From assembly GCA_003225465.1 (NCBI GenBank), contig QIAH01000344.1, positions 144 to 64,143 of the forward strand: DNA of 64,000 bases, read 5' to 3'. The position numbers were made by a program, and so were the translations under genes. Origin of the DNA: Acidobacteriota bacterium. Lineage in GTDB: Bacteria; Acidobacteriota; Terriglobia; Terriglobales; Acidobacteriaceae. How positions within the stretch are numbered: position 1 is the stretch's first letter; each line of letters starts with the position of its first letter. Positions 38,323 through 48,673 of this stretch are shown here, piece by piece. The notes beneath the pieces are model-generated. The model was given only the letters and a program-made list of their open reading frames with translations. It ran no database searches and was not told the origin of the DNA.

Positions 38323-39591
38323 GTGATGAAAGCCAGTCTTTCGACAGATAACGCTCTAGAACGCTTTCCGGTACAGTCGATTCGGGGAAACTTTCCCGCT
38401 CTCAACCTGGATGAGAACTTTGTTTTCTTTGACAACGCAGCCGGCGCCCAGGTCCCGCAGGCGGTTCTGGACGCAGTGAACCACCATCTGCTGGTTAACA
38501 ACGTTCAAAGAGGGGGGCGTTATTCGAAAAGCCTTGCAGTCGATGCCGTGATTGCGCGCGCAAGGGAGAGTGTCGCGATATTGTTGAATACGCGTGATCC
38601 GAGCGAGGTCGCGTTCGGCATGAACGCCACTTCATTTATCCGGCTCATCAGCCTTGCGATAGGTCAGACACTGGCTGAACGAGACGAAATTATTGTGACT
38701 GACATGGATCACGAGGCGAACATCGCCACTTGGCTCGCCGTTCCAAATGCGAAGATCGTCTGGTGGAAAATGCGGGAAGACGGAAACCTGTACGTCGAGG
38801 ACCTGCAGGAGATCTTGTCGTCAAGAACTCGCCTGGTTGCCTGCACAGTCACCTCAAATGCGTTGGGGTCCATCGTGGATGTCGCAGCGGCTGCAAAAGC
38901 TGCCCATCACTTTGGAGCGGAGATCTTTCTCGATTGCGTTCACTATGGTCCGCACGGACTCATTGACGTTCAGGCCATGGATTGTGATTATCTCGTCTGT
39001 TCCGGCTATAAAATCTTCTCTCCGCACATGGGGTTCTTATGGGGTCGACGCGAGATCCTGCAGAGCCTTCCGACTTTTCGAGAAGATTTCATTCCTGACG
39101 AACCACCTGCCAAGATCGAAGCTGGAACCTTCATTTATGAGAATGTGGCTGGTGTGGATGCGGCCGTTCAATATCTGGAAGGACTCGGGGCGATGCTCCA
39201 GGAGAAACGCCACAATTCCAGACGTGACAACATCACGCATGCCATGCAGGCGGTGCGTGCCTACGAAGGTGCGCTATCGATGGAACTCCTGCGCGTTCTC
39301 CGCGAGATTGGGGCAACGATCTATGGCATTCAAGACGAAAGCCGCTTGCACGAACGCGTCCCCACGGTTTGTTTCAACCTTCCCGGCCTTCAGCCCGCTC
39401 GTGTAACTGAGGGGATGGCGGACGCCCGGATCGGCGTTCGTGATGGACACATGTATGCACCTCGCCTGATGAGGCGCTTGGGGGTTGATCAGGACTCCGG
39501 GGTGGTCCGCATCTCCTTGGTACATTACAACACTGTCCAGGAAATCCATCGCTTCCAGGATGTGCTGCAAAGTTTGAGCCGCCATGCTTAA
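38323..39591 (+). CDS. Cysteine desulfurase-like class V PLP enzyme
   Basis: [18 protein letters not shown]...[12 protein letters not shown]...[15 protein letters not shown] (PLP lysine context). It is divergent from the GntR gene. Confidence 0.85.
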   Translation: MMKASLSTDNALERFPVQSIRGNFPALNLDENFVFFDNAAGAQVPQAVLDAVNHHLLVNNVQRGGRYSKSLAVDAVIARARESVAILLNTRDPSEVAFGMNATSFIRLISLAIGQTLAERDEIIVTDMDHEANIATWLAVPNAKIVWWKMREDGNLYVEDLQEILSSRTRLVACTVTSNALGSIVDVAAAAKAAHHFGAEIFLDCVHYGPHGLIDVQAMDCDYLVCSGYKIFSPHMGFLWGRREILQSLPTFREDFIPDEPPAKIEAGTFIYENVAGVDAAVQYLEGLGAMLQEKRHNSRRDNITHAMQAVRAYEGALSMELLRVLREIGATIYGIQDESRLHERVPTVCFNLPGLQPARVTEGMADARIGVRDGHMYAPRLMRRLGVDQDSGVVRISLVHYNTVQEIHRFQDVLQSLSRHA

Positions 39592-41044
39592 GGATTCGCA
39601 ACCTGCGTCTCCGACGACTGCCGCGACCCAAGACGCACCCTTCCAGGAAGCTTCGCCTTCCGCAGAGAATCTCCAACGGCGACTAACTCAGCGCCAACTG
39701 ACCATGCTCGCGCTTGGTGGTGCGATAGGCGTCGGTCTATTTCTGGGCAGCAGCATCACGATAAGACTCGCAGGACCGGGCGTGATCCTCTCCTATTTGC
39801 TCGGCGCTGTCGTTGCCATGATTGTCGCGTACGCCATTGCTGAGATGGCTGTCGTCCATCCGGTAGCGGGAGCCTTCGGCATCTATGCCGAGACCTATCT
39901 CAATGCCTGGTCCGGCTTCGCAGTTCGCGCCACCTATGGACTTGTGCAGATCATCGCGATTGGTGCGGAGGTCACGGCGGTGGGCATTTATTGCGGCTTC
40001 TGGTTTCCTCAGACGCCACAGTGGGTTTGGGTGGCAACCGCATCTGCTATTCTCGTCGCGATTAACGCCCTGCAGGTGGGAAGCTTTGGAGAGTTTGAGT
40101 ATTGGTTTGCTGTCGTCAAAGTGTCAGCGATTGTTCTGTTCATCGCCATTGGCGGGATGCTGATAGCGGGTGTTGGTCATAAACCCGCACTTGGGCTTTC
40201 CAATCTGGTTGTTCATGGTGGATTCTTTCCATTTGGGTTGAAAGGCGTATGGCTGGCGCTTAGCCTCGTCCTGACCAGTTATATGGGAGTCGAAGTTATT
40301 GCCGTAACCGCGGGTGAGGCCAACGATCCCTACAAGTCCATTCCCCGGGCCATGCGCACGATCGTGTATCGCCTGATTTGTTTCTATGTGCTCGCCATGA
40401 TTGCCATGCTGGCGATGACTCCTTGGAACCGGATCGGAAGTGAGCGGGGCATTACCGGAAGCCCGTTCGTGGCTGCGTTCTCCGGCGTGGGCATCCCATA
40501 TGCCGCGAGCATTATGAATCTCGTCGTGATCACTGCTGCTCTCTCGAGTTGCAATGCCGACCTTTACCTCACGACCCGGATGCTGTTTTCCCTCTCCCGT
40601 AGCGGCTATGCTCCTGGATGGATTTCGCGACTGAGCAGCAATGGCGTTCCGCATCGGGCACTCGGCCTCTCCACCGCAGGAATGATCGTCGCGATCCTCC
40701 TTGCGATATATGCTCCTTCCCGCGCATTTCTGATGCTCTACGGAGTAGCCGTCGCAGGGATGTTTTTTGTCTGGTCCGTGATTCTTCTGTGCCACATCCG
40801 TTTCCGGAAGTCTTTAGGCCCTGAGGGATGGTCGCGCCTTCCCCTGAAACTGGCCTTCTCTCCGTACTCGAACTGGTTGGGCATTTCTGCCCTGGCAGGG
40901 GTTACCGCTTCCACATTCTTCGTCGATGGCTTACAGTACGCGGTGCCCGCGTTTCTGCCGCTCCTTCTGGCAATGTCTCTGGTGTATTGGAGATCAGCTC
41001 GACAGGCGCACCAAAAGTCCGCCGCAGACAGGCCCAGCCTTTAG
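39584..41044 (+). CDS. APC-family amino acid permease
   Basis: 486-aa multi-TM ORF ([19 protein letters not shown]...). It overlaps the upstream gene by 8 nt. Confidence 0.9.
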   Translation: MLKDSQPASPTTAATQDAPFQEASPSAENLQRRLTQRQLTMLALGGAIGVGLFLGSSITIRLAGPGVILSYLLGAVVAMIVAYAIAEMAVVHPVAGAFGIYAETYLNAWSGFAVRATYGLVQIIAIGAEVTAVGIYCGFWFPQTPQWVWVATASAILVAINALQVGSFGEFEYWFAVVKVSAIVLFIAIGGMLIAGVGHKPALGLSNLVVHGGFFPFGLKGVWLALSLVLTSYMGVEVIAVTAGEANDPYKSIPRAMRTIVYRLICFYVLAMIAMLAMTPWNRIGSERGITGSPFVAAFSGVGIPYAASIMNLVVITAALSSCNADLYLTTRMLFSLSRSGYAPGWISRLSSNGVPHRALGLSTAGMIVAILLAIYAPSRAFLMLYGVAVAGMFFVWSVILLCHIRFRKSLGPEGWSRLPLKLAFSPYSNWLGISALAGVTASTFFVDGLQYAVPAFLPLLLAMSLVYWRSARQAHQKSAADRPSL

Positions 41045-41207
41045 TGGAGTTCGTAACGCTTGTGCTCGAAGCAACCGCTCGAGATTGTATACAAATAGCA
41101 TGCAAAATGTCTTGACAGTACTCCAAGCACGGAGTTATTTTTCCCGGACTCGTGGACTCCGGGTTGTTGGATATTGTCTTTAAATTCGCGCGCGGATTCC
41201 GATCACA

Positions 41208-42602
41208 ATGCCTGCTACGGCACTTCCTCGCATCAGACAGAGTTCGCTCTGTAGAGCACCCGCATATACGGCCCGAAGCGTCCTGCAACGCACTTTGATT
41301 CTTGTCGCAGCCACCATCCTTTACTCGGCCGGCTTTTCTGCAACAGCACAGACCGCGGCACAGGTTGTCATAATCCGCGCCGGGCGCCTTTTCGATCCCA
41401 CATCTGGCCGCATGATCGACCATCCCGTGGTCGTTATCTCGGCAGACAAGATACAGTCCCTTTCGGAAGACAAAGCGGCGGTCAGTCCAACGACCAGAAT
41501 CATCGATCTAGGGAATGCTACAATCTTGCCCGGCTTCATCGATGTGCATACGCACCTGACGATGAACGTGGGCGGTGGCGGCTACGAAGGTTTAGGTGTC
41601 TCTATCCCTCGGGCGGCGTTGATTGGCGCAAAGAACGCGCGCCTTACCCTGTCGGCAGGGTTCACGACAGTACGCAATGTGGGTGCAGAGGGCTACTCCG
41701 ATGTAGCGCTTCGCGACGCCATCGATGCCGGCGACGTGCTCGGACCCCGCATGCAGGTTTCCGGGCCACCCCTGGGTATTTCTGGGGGGCATTGCGACAA
41801 CAGTCTTCTTCCTTTCGAGTTTCATCATTCGGCAGAAGGGGTGGCTGATGGCGAACAAGCTGTAATGCACCGCGTCCGCGAAGTGATCAAGTACGGCGCG
41901 GACGTAATTAAGTTCTGTGCCTCCGGAGGAGTCTTTTCCAAAGGGGACAACCCCTTGCTCGAACAATACAGTCCTGCCGAGATGAATGTCCTGATCACCG
42001 AAGCCCATCGCCTGGGACGGAAAGTCGCGACCCACGCGCACTCTTCGATCGCCATCAAGGATGCGGTCCGTGCAGGAGTCGATTCGATTGAGCATGGAAT
42101 TTTCATCGATGAGGAAGGCATCAATCTGATGAAAGAGCACCACACATTTCTGGTGCCCACATCGTATCCGCTCTTCTGGTTTGAGCAGCACGAGTCCGAA
42201 ATGCGCCTGCCGCCTTGGGTTATCGAGAAAGCCGCCATCATCATTCCTGCCGCGAAGAAGAATGTTGCACAGGCCTTCAAAGCCGGAGTGCGTGTAGCAC
42301 TTGGCACAGACGCTGGCGTTTACCCGCACGGACAGAATGGCGGAGAGTTCTGGTCGATGGTGCAATTGGGTTTGACACCGGTGCAGGCCTTGCAGGCTGG
42401 TACCGTGAACGCAGCGGAGTTGATGGGCTGGTCTGATCGTGTCGGGGTGATTCGCCAGGGAATGTTTGCTGACATCGTCGCGGTCCGGGGTGATCCAATC
42501 AGCGATATCCATGCGCTGGAGCACGTGCAGTTCGTCATGAAGGGTGGGGTGGTTTACAAAGACGAAATCTCGAATTCGTCTTCGGCGTCGCGAACGCAAT
42601 AA
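41208..42602 (+). CDS. Amidohydrolase family metallo-hydrolase, exported
   Basis: GFIDVHTHL ... KVATHAHS ... GTDAGV motifs of the amidohydrolase superfamily. Signal-like N-terminus. Confidence 0.9.
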   Translation: MPATALPRIRQSSLCRAPAYTARSVLQRTLILVAATILYSAGFSATAQTAAQVVIIRAGRLFDPTSGRMIDHPVVVISADKIQSLSEDKAAVSPTTRIIDLGNATILPGFIDVHTHLTMNVGGGGYEGLGVSIPRAALIGAKNARLTLSAGFTTVRNVGAEGYSDVALRDAIDAGDVLGPRMQVSGPPLGISGGHCDNSLLPFEFHHSAEGVADGEQAVMHRVREVIKYGADVIKFCASGGVFSKGDNPLLEQYSPAEMNVLITEAHRLGRKVATHAHSSIAIKDAVRAGVDSIEHGIFIDEEGINLMKEHHTFLVPTSYPLFWFEQHESEMRLPPWVIEKAAIIIPAAKKNVAQAFKAGVRVALGTDAGVYPHGQNGGEFWSMVQLGLTPVQALQAGTVNAAELMGWSDRVGVIRQGMFADIVAVRGDPISDIHALEHVQFVMKGGVVYKDEISNSSSASRTQ

Positions 42603-42636
42603 TCGGGCCGAGCTTAAACGTCACCGAGGGGGACCC

Positions 42637-45600
42637 ATGCTGACTCTGTGCAAGCGCGCTTTCCCAGTGCTGAGTTTAGCTGCCATTCTGCTAAGCAACG
42701 TTCAGGGACAAACAACGCAGGGTGGAATCGTCGGTACAGTTCATGACCAAAAAGGCGCCAACGTTCCAGATGTCAATTTGACCGTCACAAATCCCTCCAC
42801 GGGCTTGCAGCGCCAGACCAAGACGGCCGATAACGGTGTCTTCCGCGTAATGGCGTTGCCGACAGGCGTATATCAGATTAGGGCCGAAGCGCCAGGTTTC
42901 GCTACCACGACAACCAATGGTGTTGAAATCGGTGTCGATCAGATTCGCGACATGGAAATCGTTTTGAAGATTGGGACCAAGACCGAGACGGTGGAGGTCC
43001 AGTCCGAGGCTGCCTTGACGCAAACCGAAAGTTCGAAACTGGGGGAAATCATCGACAATCGCAAAGTCGAAGAACTGCCACTCAACGGACGTGATTTTGC
43101 CCAACTTGCGAGATTGAATCCCGGAGTTGCTTCTTCTGGCGGTGGCGGTGGCCAGCAGGGCGGGGAAGGCGGCGTCTCGGGGTATTCCTCGAACGGCCAG
43201 CGATCGACCTCAAACAACTTTATGGTTGATGGCATCGATAACAACGATTACTTTGGCGGGGCGGCCGCACAGATACCATCCATTGATTCCATTCAGGAGT
43301 TTGAGGTCCAGACCAACACCTTCGCTGCTGAATATGGCCGCAACACCGGGTCGGTTGTGAACCTGGTGACGAAGTCGGGTTCGAACCTGTTGCATGGTTC
43401 TGCCTACGAGTTCTTTCGCAACGATGTGCTCGATGCCCGCAACTATTTCAATGATTCGGCATTCCGGAAATCCGCGCTGCGGCTGAATCAGTTTGGCGGA
43501 ACGCTGGGAGGTCCGATCCTTAAGAACAAGACGTTCTTCTTCTTGAACTACGAGGGATTTCGCCGTGCTGCCGGCATTACCCGAATCACGAACGTCCCTA
43601 CTCCAGATGAACGTGCTGGCAAGTTTACGGACCAAAACGGTAACCCGATCACGATCGCGGTGAATCCTGTCAGCCAGCAGATCTTTAACACACTATTTCC
43701 AGAGTCCAATTTAACCAATGCGTCGGGGAATTTCATCTCTTCACCTTTGCAGACTGACTCGACCAACCAGTTTTTGGTCAAAGTGGACCATCATCTGAAT
43801 GCCGCCGATTCTCTTTCTGCACGCTTCAGCCGGACTGGAATTGATACGTTCTACCCGTTCACTCCGGGACAAAGCGGAACCAATATTCCGGGATATGGCC
43901 TCAACCAAACTGGCGACAACGATCTGGTGGCGATTTCTTACACGCACGTGATCAATCCTCGAACACTGAACGAAGCGCGATTTGGCTTTACACGTTCGAA
44001 CATCTTGCTGGTCACGGAAGCAGGGCCGCAAGCCGCGACATTTGGATTCAACACCGGTTTTGCGCCAGGTGCTTCCCTGAATCTTGGCAATATTCCGATG
44101 CTGTCTTTCTCGGCAGGCTTCGTGTCCGGCAGTGCTGCAGTGACCAATCTGGGGGGCGGCATCGACCAGCCTAACCGGACGGCGACCAATACCTTTCAGT
44201 GGATTGATAATTTGTCGCGTACCACCGCGCGACACTCTTTTAAGGTCGGCGGCGATATTCGGTATACACAACTGAATCGACTCTATGATCTCGCCTTCAA
44301 CGGGCAGATCACGTTCAGCGGCCTCGACAATACTGCGGGCACAGATTCGATGGGGAATCCGGCTAACATTCCCAGTCCTCTTATCGATTTCGCTCTTGGG
44401 CTTCCCGACGGCGCGTTGCAATTTGTCGGTGATTCGCACCGTAACTTCCGCTTTACCAGCTATGGCATCTTCGCGCAGGACAGCTTCAAGCTGCGACCCA
44501 ACCTGACGCTGAATTACGGTTTGCGATATGAGTTGAACACGGTTCTGCACGAAGCCCACGGACGCATGAGTTCGTGGTGGCCACAAAAGTACACAACGTT
44601 TCTAGACCCCACAGACCCGAACATTCAATCGAATCTGACCGCGCTGGAAGCGTCAGGTGTTGTCACGCAGAATGGGGTGGGCGGCGTTTACGACGGCGAC
44701 CACAATAATTTTGCGCCACGAATCGGGCTTTCCTGGGACCTGTTCGGCAACGGGCAGACGGTTCTACGGGTAGGGTATGGTGTGTTCTACGAAACAATCA
44801 TCGGGAATATCCCCGGGAACGTGATGCTCAATCCGCCATATCTGCCCGACTACTTCACGCCGTTTCCCTTCGCAAGCTGGCCGAATCCGTTCGGACCGTC
44901 CAGTTTTCCGGTACTCACAATCACACAGCAAAGCCTTCGGACACCTTATGCCCAGCATTTCAATCTTGACCTTGAGCACCAATTACCAGGAAGGATGTTG
45001 TTGGGCATCGCATACGTCGGGACAACGGGTACGAAGCTGCCTCGTTTTGTGCAGATTGATCAGGCGTACATCACCAAAGCGCAGATTGATAATCTCACTC
45101 CGGATGTCGTTACTCGTATGGAGTTGCTCGGCATCCCACCCCAAGTCGCAAACTTTCTGAATGACAACCACCTCTATGGAGCGATGCCAAGCATCGTAAG
45201 AACACCCTATTTTGGTTTTGCGCAACTCTTTCAGGCACAAGACTCCGTCGCTTCGAACTACCATAGCTTGCAGGCGAAGCTCGATAAACGCTTTAGTCAC
45301 GGACTATCGTTCCTGACGTCCTACACCTGGTCACACTCGATCGACGAGGCGTCGGTGTTCTTCGGTTCTGGGGCGAACGCCACAACCATCTTTCCGCAGG
45401 ACAACTACAATCTCAACGCGGAGCGAGGCCGCTCGGACTTCGACATACGGCATCGACTGAGCTTTAGCTTCAATTACGACGTCCCCGTGTGGCGAAGCTT
45501 ACCGTCAGTGCTCGGGAAAGGCTGGGAGTTGGGCGGAATCTTGACACTCCAGACTGGACAGCCTTTTTCGGTGCTGACCGGCGAAAGCCTCAGTGGAACC

Positions 45601-45987
45601 GGGTTGGGGAATGACAGGCCGAACCTAGTGGGAGATCCGAATAGAGGACCACACACTGTGCAGCAGTGGTTCAATACGAGCGCCTTTGCGTTAAACGCTC
45701 CTCTTACTTTTGGCAATGCGGGGCGAAACATTGTGACTGGCCCCGGGTATCGCGACTTCGACTTCTCGCTGATTAAGAACACGCAATTGGGCGACAAGGT
45801 GAAGGCGCAATTTCGCGCTGAGTTCTTCAACATTGTGAACCATCCGGCATTCGCCATTCCCAGCAACATCCTGGCAGCGCCGAATTTCGGTACGCTCTTC
45901 CAGACGCCAGATGCTGCACAGAATAATGTGGGCCTTGGATCGGGCGGTCCTCGCTTGATTCAGTTTGCCCTGAAACTGAGTTTCTGA
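42637..45987 (+). CDS. TonB-dependent receptor with an N-terminal carboxypeptidase-regulatory-like domain
   Basis: ATG at 42637 follows GAGGGGGA. MLTLCKRAFPVLSLAAILLSNVQGQTTQGGIVGTVHDQKG. It ends in a C-terminal aromatic residue (...ALKLSF). Confidence 0.9.
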   Translation: MLTLCKRAFPVLSLAAILLSNVQGQTTQGGIVGTVHDQKGANVPDVNLTVTNPSTGLQRQTKTADNGVFRVMALPTGVYQIRAEAPGFATTTTNGVEIGVDQIRDMEIVLKIGTKTETVEVQSEAALTQTESSKLGEIIDNRKVEELPLNGRDFAQLARLNPGVASSGGGGGQQGGEGGVSGYSSNGQRSTSNNFMVDGIDNNDYFGGAAAQIPSIDSIQEFEVQTNTFAAEYGRNTGSVVNLVTKSGSNLLHGSAYEFFRNDVLDARNYFNDSAFRKSALRLNQFGGTLGGPILKNKTFFFLNYEGFRRAAGITRITNVPTPDERAGKFTDQNGNPITIAVNPVSQQIFNTLFPESNLTNASGNFISSPLQTDSTNQFLVKVDHHLNAADSLSARFSRTGIDTFYPFTPGQSGTNIPGYGLNQTGDNDLVAISYTHVINPRTLNEARFGFTRSNILLVTEAGPQAATFGFNTGFAPGASLNLGNIPMLSFSAGFVSGSAAVTNLGGGIDQPNRTATNTFQWIDNLSRTTARHSFKVGGDIRYTQLNRLYDLAFNGQITFSGLDNTAGTDSMGNPANIPSPLIDFALGLPDGALQFVGDSHRNFRFTSYGIFAQDSFKLRPNLTLNYGLRYELNTVLHEAHGRMSSWWPQKYTTFLDPTDPNIQSNLTALEASGVVTQNGVGGVYDGDHNNFAPRIGLSWDLFGNGQTVLRVGYGVFYETIIGNIPGNVMLNPPYLPDYFTPFPFASWPNPFGPSSFPVLTITQQSLRTPYAQHFNLDLEHQLPGRMLLGIAYVGTTGTKLPRFVQIDQAYITKAQIDNLTPDVVTRMELLGIPPQVANFLNDNHLYGAMPSIVRTPYFGFAQLFQAQDSVASNYHSLQAKLDKRFSHGLSFLTSYTWSHSIDEASVFFGSGANATTIFPQDNYNLNAERGRSDFDIRHRLSFSFNYDVPVWRSLPSVLGKGWELGGILTLQTGQPFSVLTGESLSGTGLGNDRPNLVGDPNRGPHTVQQWFNTSAFALNAPLTFGNAGRNIVTGPGYRDFDFSLIKNTQLGDKVKAQFRAEFFNIVNHPAFAIPSNILAAPNFGTLFQTPDAAQNNVGLGSGGPRLIQFALKLSF

Positions 45988-45998
45988 CCGATCATCCC

Positions 45999-46865
45999 AT
46001 GTTTCTGATGGCTCCAAACGCTTGGCTGCTCTCGCTCGCTGTTGCGCTCGGTTCTATGTCAGCCTCGGCACAAACGAAACAATTGGGCGCGGATCTCTAT
46101 GCTTACGTTTCAGACAACGACGCTAGCGCGAATTCCACTTTCTTAATTGGAGACTCCGAAATTCTCGTCGTTGACACCGGCCTGAACGCGACGGAGGGAG
46201 CCAAGTTGCTGGGCGCGATCCGCCAGATCTCGAAATTGCCCGTGAAGTTCATCGTCAATACGCACTACCACCCCGACCATCAGGGGGGGAACTTAACAGT
46301 TGGTCCTGACGCGACCGTGATCAGTACCGATTACACACGCGCCCGGACAATCGACATGGCAAACGCCCCTGGTATGGCTGGTTTTCATTTCCGTGCTGCA
46401 AGCCTGACGTTCCAGAAACTAATCCGGCTCTACATAGGTAGGCATGTTGTAGAAGTGTACTTCCCCGGAAAAGGGCACACATCCGGCGATGCGATCGTCT
46501 ATTTTGCGGAACAGCACGCTGTCGCAATGGGCGACTTATTCCTGAACCGGTCTAGCCCGGCCATGGACGATGGTAGCGCAACAAATTGGATTGATGCGTT
46601 GGATCATGTTCTTTCGTTGTCCGTTGAAAAAGCAGTCCCAGGACATTTTGATGTGGGCACGAAAGCAGATTTGCAGCGGTTTCGTGACTATTTGAAGGAC
46701 CTCTATGGGCAGGTGCGTTCCCTGAAGAAAAAAGGGGAATCTGTGGATCAGGTGCGCCAAGACATTCACATGGAGAGGTACTCAGATTTCCGCCAGTATC
46801 CGAATTACCATGCCACGTTCCCTGATAACGCTGCGACAATTTACAATCAACTCAAATCGCACTAG
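45999..46865 (+). CDS. MBL-fold metallo-hydrolase, exported
   Basis: HYHPDHQGG (HxHxDH) motif and a signal-like N-terminus. An 11-nt gap separates it from the receptor gene. Confidence 0.9.
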   Translation: MFLMAPNAWLLSLAVALGSMSASAQTKQLGADLYAYVSDNDASANSTFLIGDSEILVVDTGLNATEGAKLLGAIRQISKLPVKFIVNTHYHPDHQGGNLTVGPDATVISTDYTRARTIDMANAPGMAGFHFRAASLTFQKLIRLYIGRHVVEVYFPGKGHTSGDAIVYFAEQHAVAMGDLFLNRSSPAMDDGSATNWIDALDHVLSLSVEKAVPGHFDVGTKADLQRFRDYLKDLYGQVRSLKKKGESVDQVRQDIHMERYSDFRQYPNYHATFPDNAATIYNQLKSH

Positions 46866-47287
46866 ATCACACGAGCATGGATATCTCACCAAGCACTGAG
46901 GACTGCATAGCTCAGAGCGTCATCGGGTTCAACCAAAACTTTGGTGAGGCGACGTATTCTCTAGCCGAGAGCTCAAGGAATCATTCAAGCACGGGACCGG
47001 AGTGCGTCATTAAGCGCACTCCGATCCGCTTCCATTTCGCTGTCCTGAGGGTCGCTGTAGCGATGTCGCGTGCGAGGTTCACCACAGATGTTTCCGGCGT
47101 CTCGTCCTGACGAGGTCAACCGTAAATTTGACACCGAAGCAAGACCGCGGCGATCAGAACAGCCTGGGTTGCGGCGAACATACGGAAATTTAACGGCATC
47201 CCAGCATCGCTTTGACGAGTGCTTGCTTGAGATGCCGGTGAGAGTGTCCTGATTGCTGACAGGGTGCCACAGGCCGTGTGCCCAAGA

Positions 47288-47303
47288 TGTGACCGCCGTC
47301 ACC
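47288..47303. promoter_or_regulatory. One-mismatch CRP/FNR-type box TGTGA-CCGCCG-TCACc
   Basis: Read directly in the gene-poor gap. Confidence 0.35.
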
Positions 47304-47478
47304 TAAATGAGATTTTTGGGAGGCTCTGTTTTAATTAAACCTGACTCGATCAGGTCCGCCAGTTTCTCCCAGTGATTCCCGAATCGGGCAGCGCAACCAG
47401 GTCTTCGAAGCTGAAGCCGGCCCGCTTACCAGCGTCAGCAAGCTTGCGGATAGCCTCCACGGGAACAGGTCTGATCAC
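47303..47478 (-). pseudogene. Frameshifted paralog of the 13884-14069 small protein
   Basis: VIRPVPVEAIRKLADAGKRAGFSFEDLVALPDSGIT, then a 1-nt shift, then WEKLADLIESGLIKTEPPKNLI and a stop. Compare AVEKLVLAGEEAGFSVEQMIQILQTGTSVEALLCMIEW. Confidence 0.3.
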
Positions 47479-47494
47479 CTTCCACCCTCGTTCA

Positions 47495-47647
47495 TCATTT
47501 CCTTGTCTTGATCTCAATGACTTTCATTGAGAGAAGTCGTTCAAGCTCGGCTGCCAATACTTTCGATCTTATAGGATCACGCTCTTCCGCGATCAGCCTG
47601 GGCAAGGCGCGGATACGAGCTTCTTCGTCGGGCGTCATAATGGACAT
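47495..47647 (-). CDS. Possible 50-aa ORF (MSIMTPDEEARIRALPRLIAEERDP...)
   Basis: ATG ORF below the track cutoff, immediately upstream of the small-protein paralog on the same strand. No motif. Confidence 0.3.
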   Translation of the reverse strand: MSIMTPDEEARIRALPRLIAEERDPIRSKVLAAELERLLSMKVIEIKTRK

Positions 47648-47765
47648 CCAAGTCTACTTTTCCCAACCATAGCAAACCCGATGGCTACGATGCCAGATGG
47701 GAGTGATATCGGCGTGCCTCGGATGCGACATCTTCCACAAATTATGGATTATTGACACCGAGGTC

Positions 47766-47781
47766 TGTGATCTGTGTCACA
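47766..47781. promoter_or_regulatory. Exact CRP/FNR-type palindrome TGTGA-TCTGTG-TCACA
   Basis: Read directly. It is intergenic. The extended palindrome is CTGTGA...TCACAG. Confidence 0.5.
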
Positions 47782-48015
47782 GCCAGAAAAATGGGTATGG
47801 TGATGACGAACTAAAGGCACGCGTTTCTGATGATGTGGTGTGCGAACATTAGTACGGAGAGAACCAGCTAGGCAGTTCTTCGCTTCCGTGGAGGTCCTTG
47901 ATCTCGTTGGCATAAGTCATCCTCCCAATCCGAAGCGTTCCGGCCCGCAGCACAATCGAGCAGCGATACTCCAATGCATCTCAAGATGCGTTTTTGATTA
48001 CTTTCGTCAAGATCA

Positions 48016-48031
48016 TGTGACCTAAATCACA
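48016..48031. promoter_or_regulatory. Exact CRP/FNR-type palindrome TGTGA-CCTAAA-TCACA
   Basis: Read directly, ~190 bp upstream of the PAS gene start (48221). Confidence 0.5.
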
Positions 48032-48220
48032 AGATGTCAGCCTAGAGCAGGTTCAAAATCGAGTGAACGCGGGTTGCTCCACGGTGCCAGCTGTGACGCG
48101 AAATTTGAGACGCTTTAGTCTAAGTAGTGTCGCCAAATTCCCGACTGGGTTGCGCCAAAGATCACGATTCACGCGGCTGGCGTCAGTTTGCCAGTAAGGA
48201 CCACCATTACCTAAACCACC

Positions 48221-48673
48221 ATGGAAGAACTGTCGAAGATCCCGAACCTTTTCCCGCAAGACTTGCACCTCCTCGGCTTCCAACGCTGCGAGACTCCAAT
48301 GTGGGTCTTTGATACGCGCACCTTTGCATTTTTGGCCGTCAACGATGCGGCAGTGCGCCAGTATGGTTATTCGCGAGAACAGTTCCTGTCGATGACGATT
48401 CTTGATATACGACCTGTTGCGGACGTTGTTCCGTTGCTAAGGCAGGTACTGCGTGATGGGAGGTGTAACTCGGATAGAGAGCTCTGGAAACACCGTAAGA
48501 AGAATGGAAGTTTGCTCGAGGTCGAAGTCTCGAGCCGTGAAGTGGTCTTTGAAGGGCGACATGCGGAGCTGGTGACAGCCATTGCTGTGACTGAGGAGAC
48601 TGTCTCTGGCAGGGTAACAACTTCAGATGAGTGCTCCTCTCTCGCTTGTCCTGTCGAGGCCAAGCGCCCTTAG
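48221..48673 (+). CDS. Stand-alone PAS domain protein
   Basis: VFDTRTFAFLAVNDAAVRQYGYSREQFLSMTILDIRP...WKHRKKNGSLLEVEVSSREVVFEGRHAELVTAIAVTE matches the PAS fold pattern. Confidence 0.8.
   Translation: MEELSKIPNLFPQDLHLLGFQRCETPMWVFDTRTFAFLAVNDAAVRQYGYSREQFLSMTILDIRPVADVVPLLRQVLRDGRCNSDRELWKHRKKNGSLLEVEVSSREVVFEGRHAELVTAIAVTEETVSGRVTTSDECSSLACPVEAKRP

Noticed and set aside
41592-42599. 335-aa minus-strand ORF. The same issue applies to 43741-44586, 4503-4946, 58186-58923 and 20474-20932.
   Set aside because: Each lies fully antisense or out of frame within a gene that has strong family motifs. Their compositions are R/H/C-rich and typical of GC-rich shadow ORFs.
47855-47935. 22-aa minus-strand peptide ORF MTYANEIKDLHGSEELPSWFSPY preceded by GGGAGG
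   Set aside because: The SD-like sequence abuts the ATG with no spacer, the ORF is very short, and there is no supporting context such as RiPP enzymes or a conserved leader.
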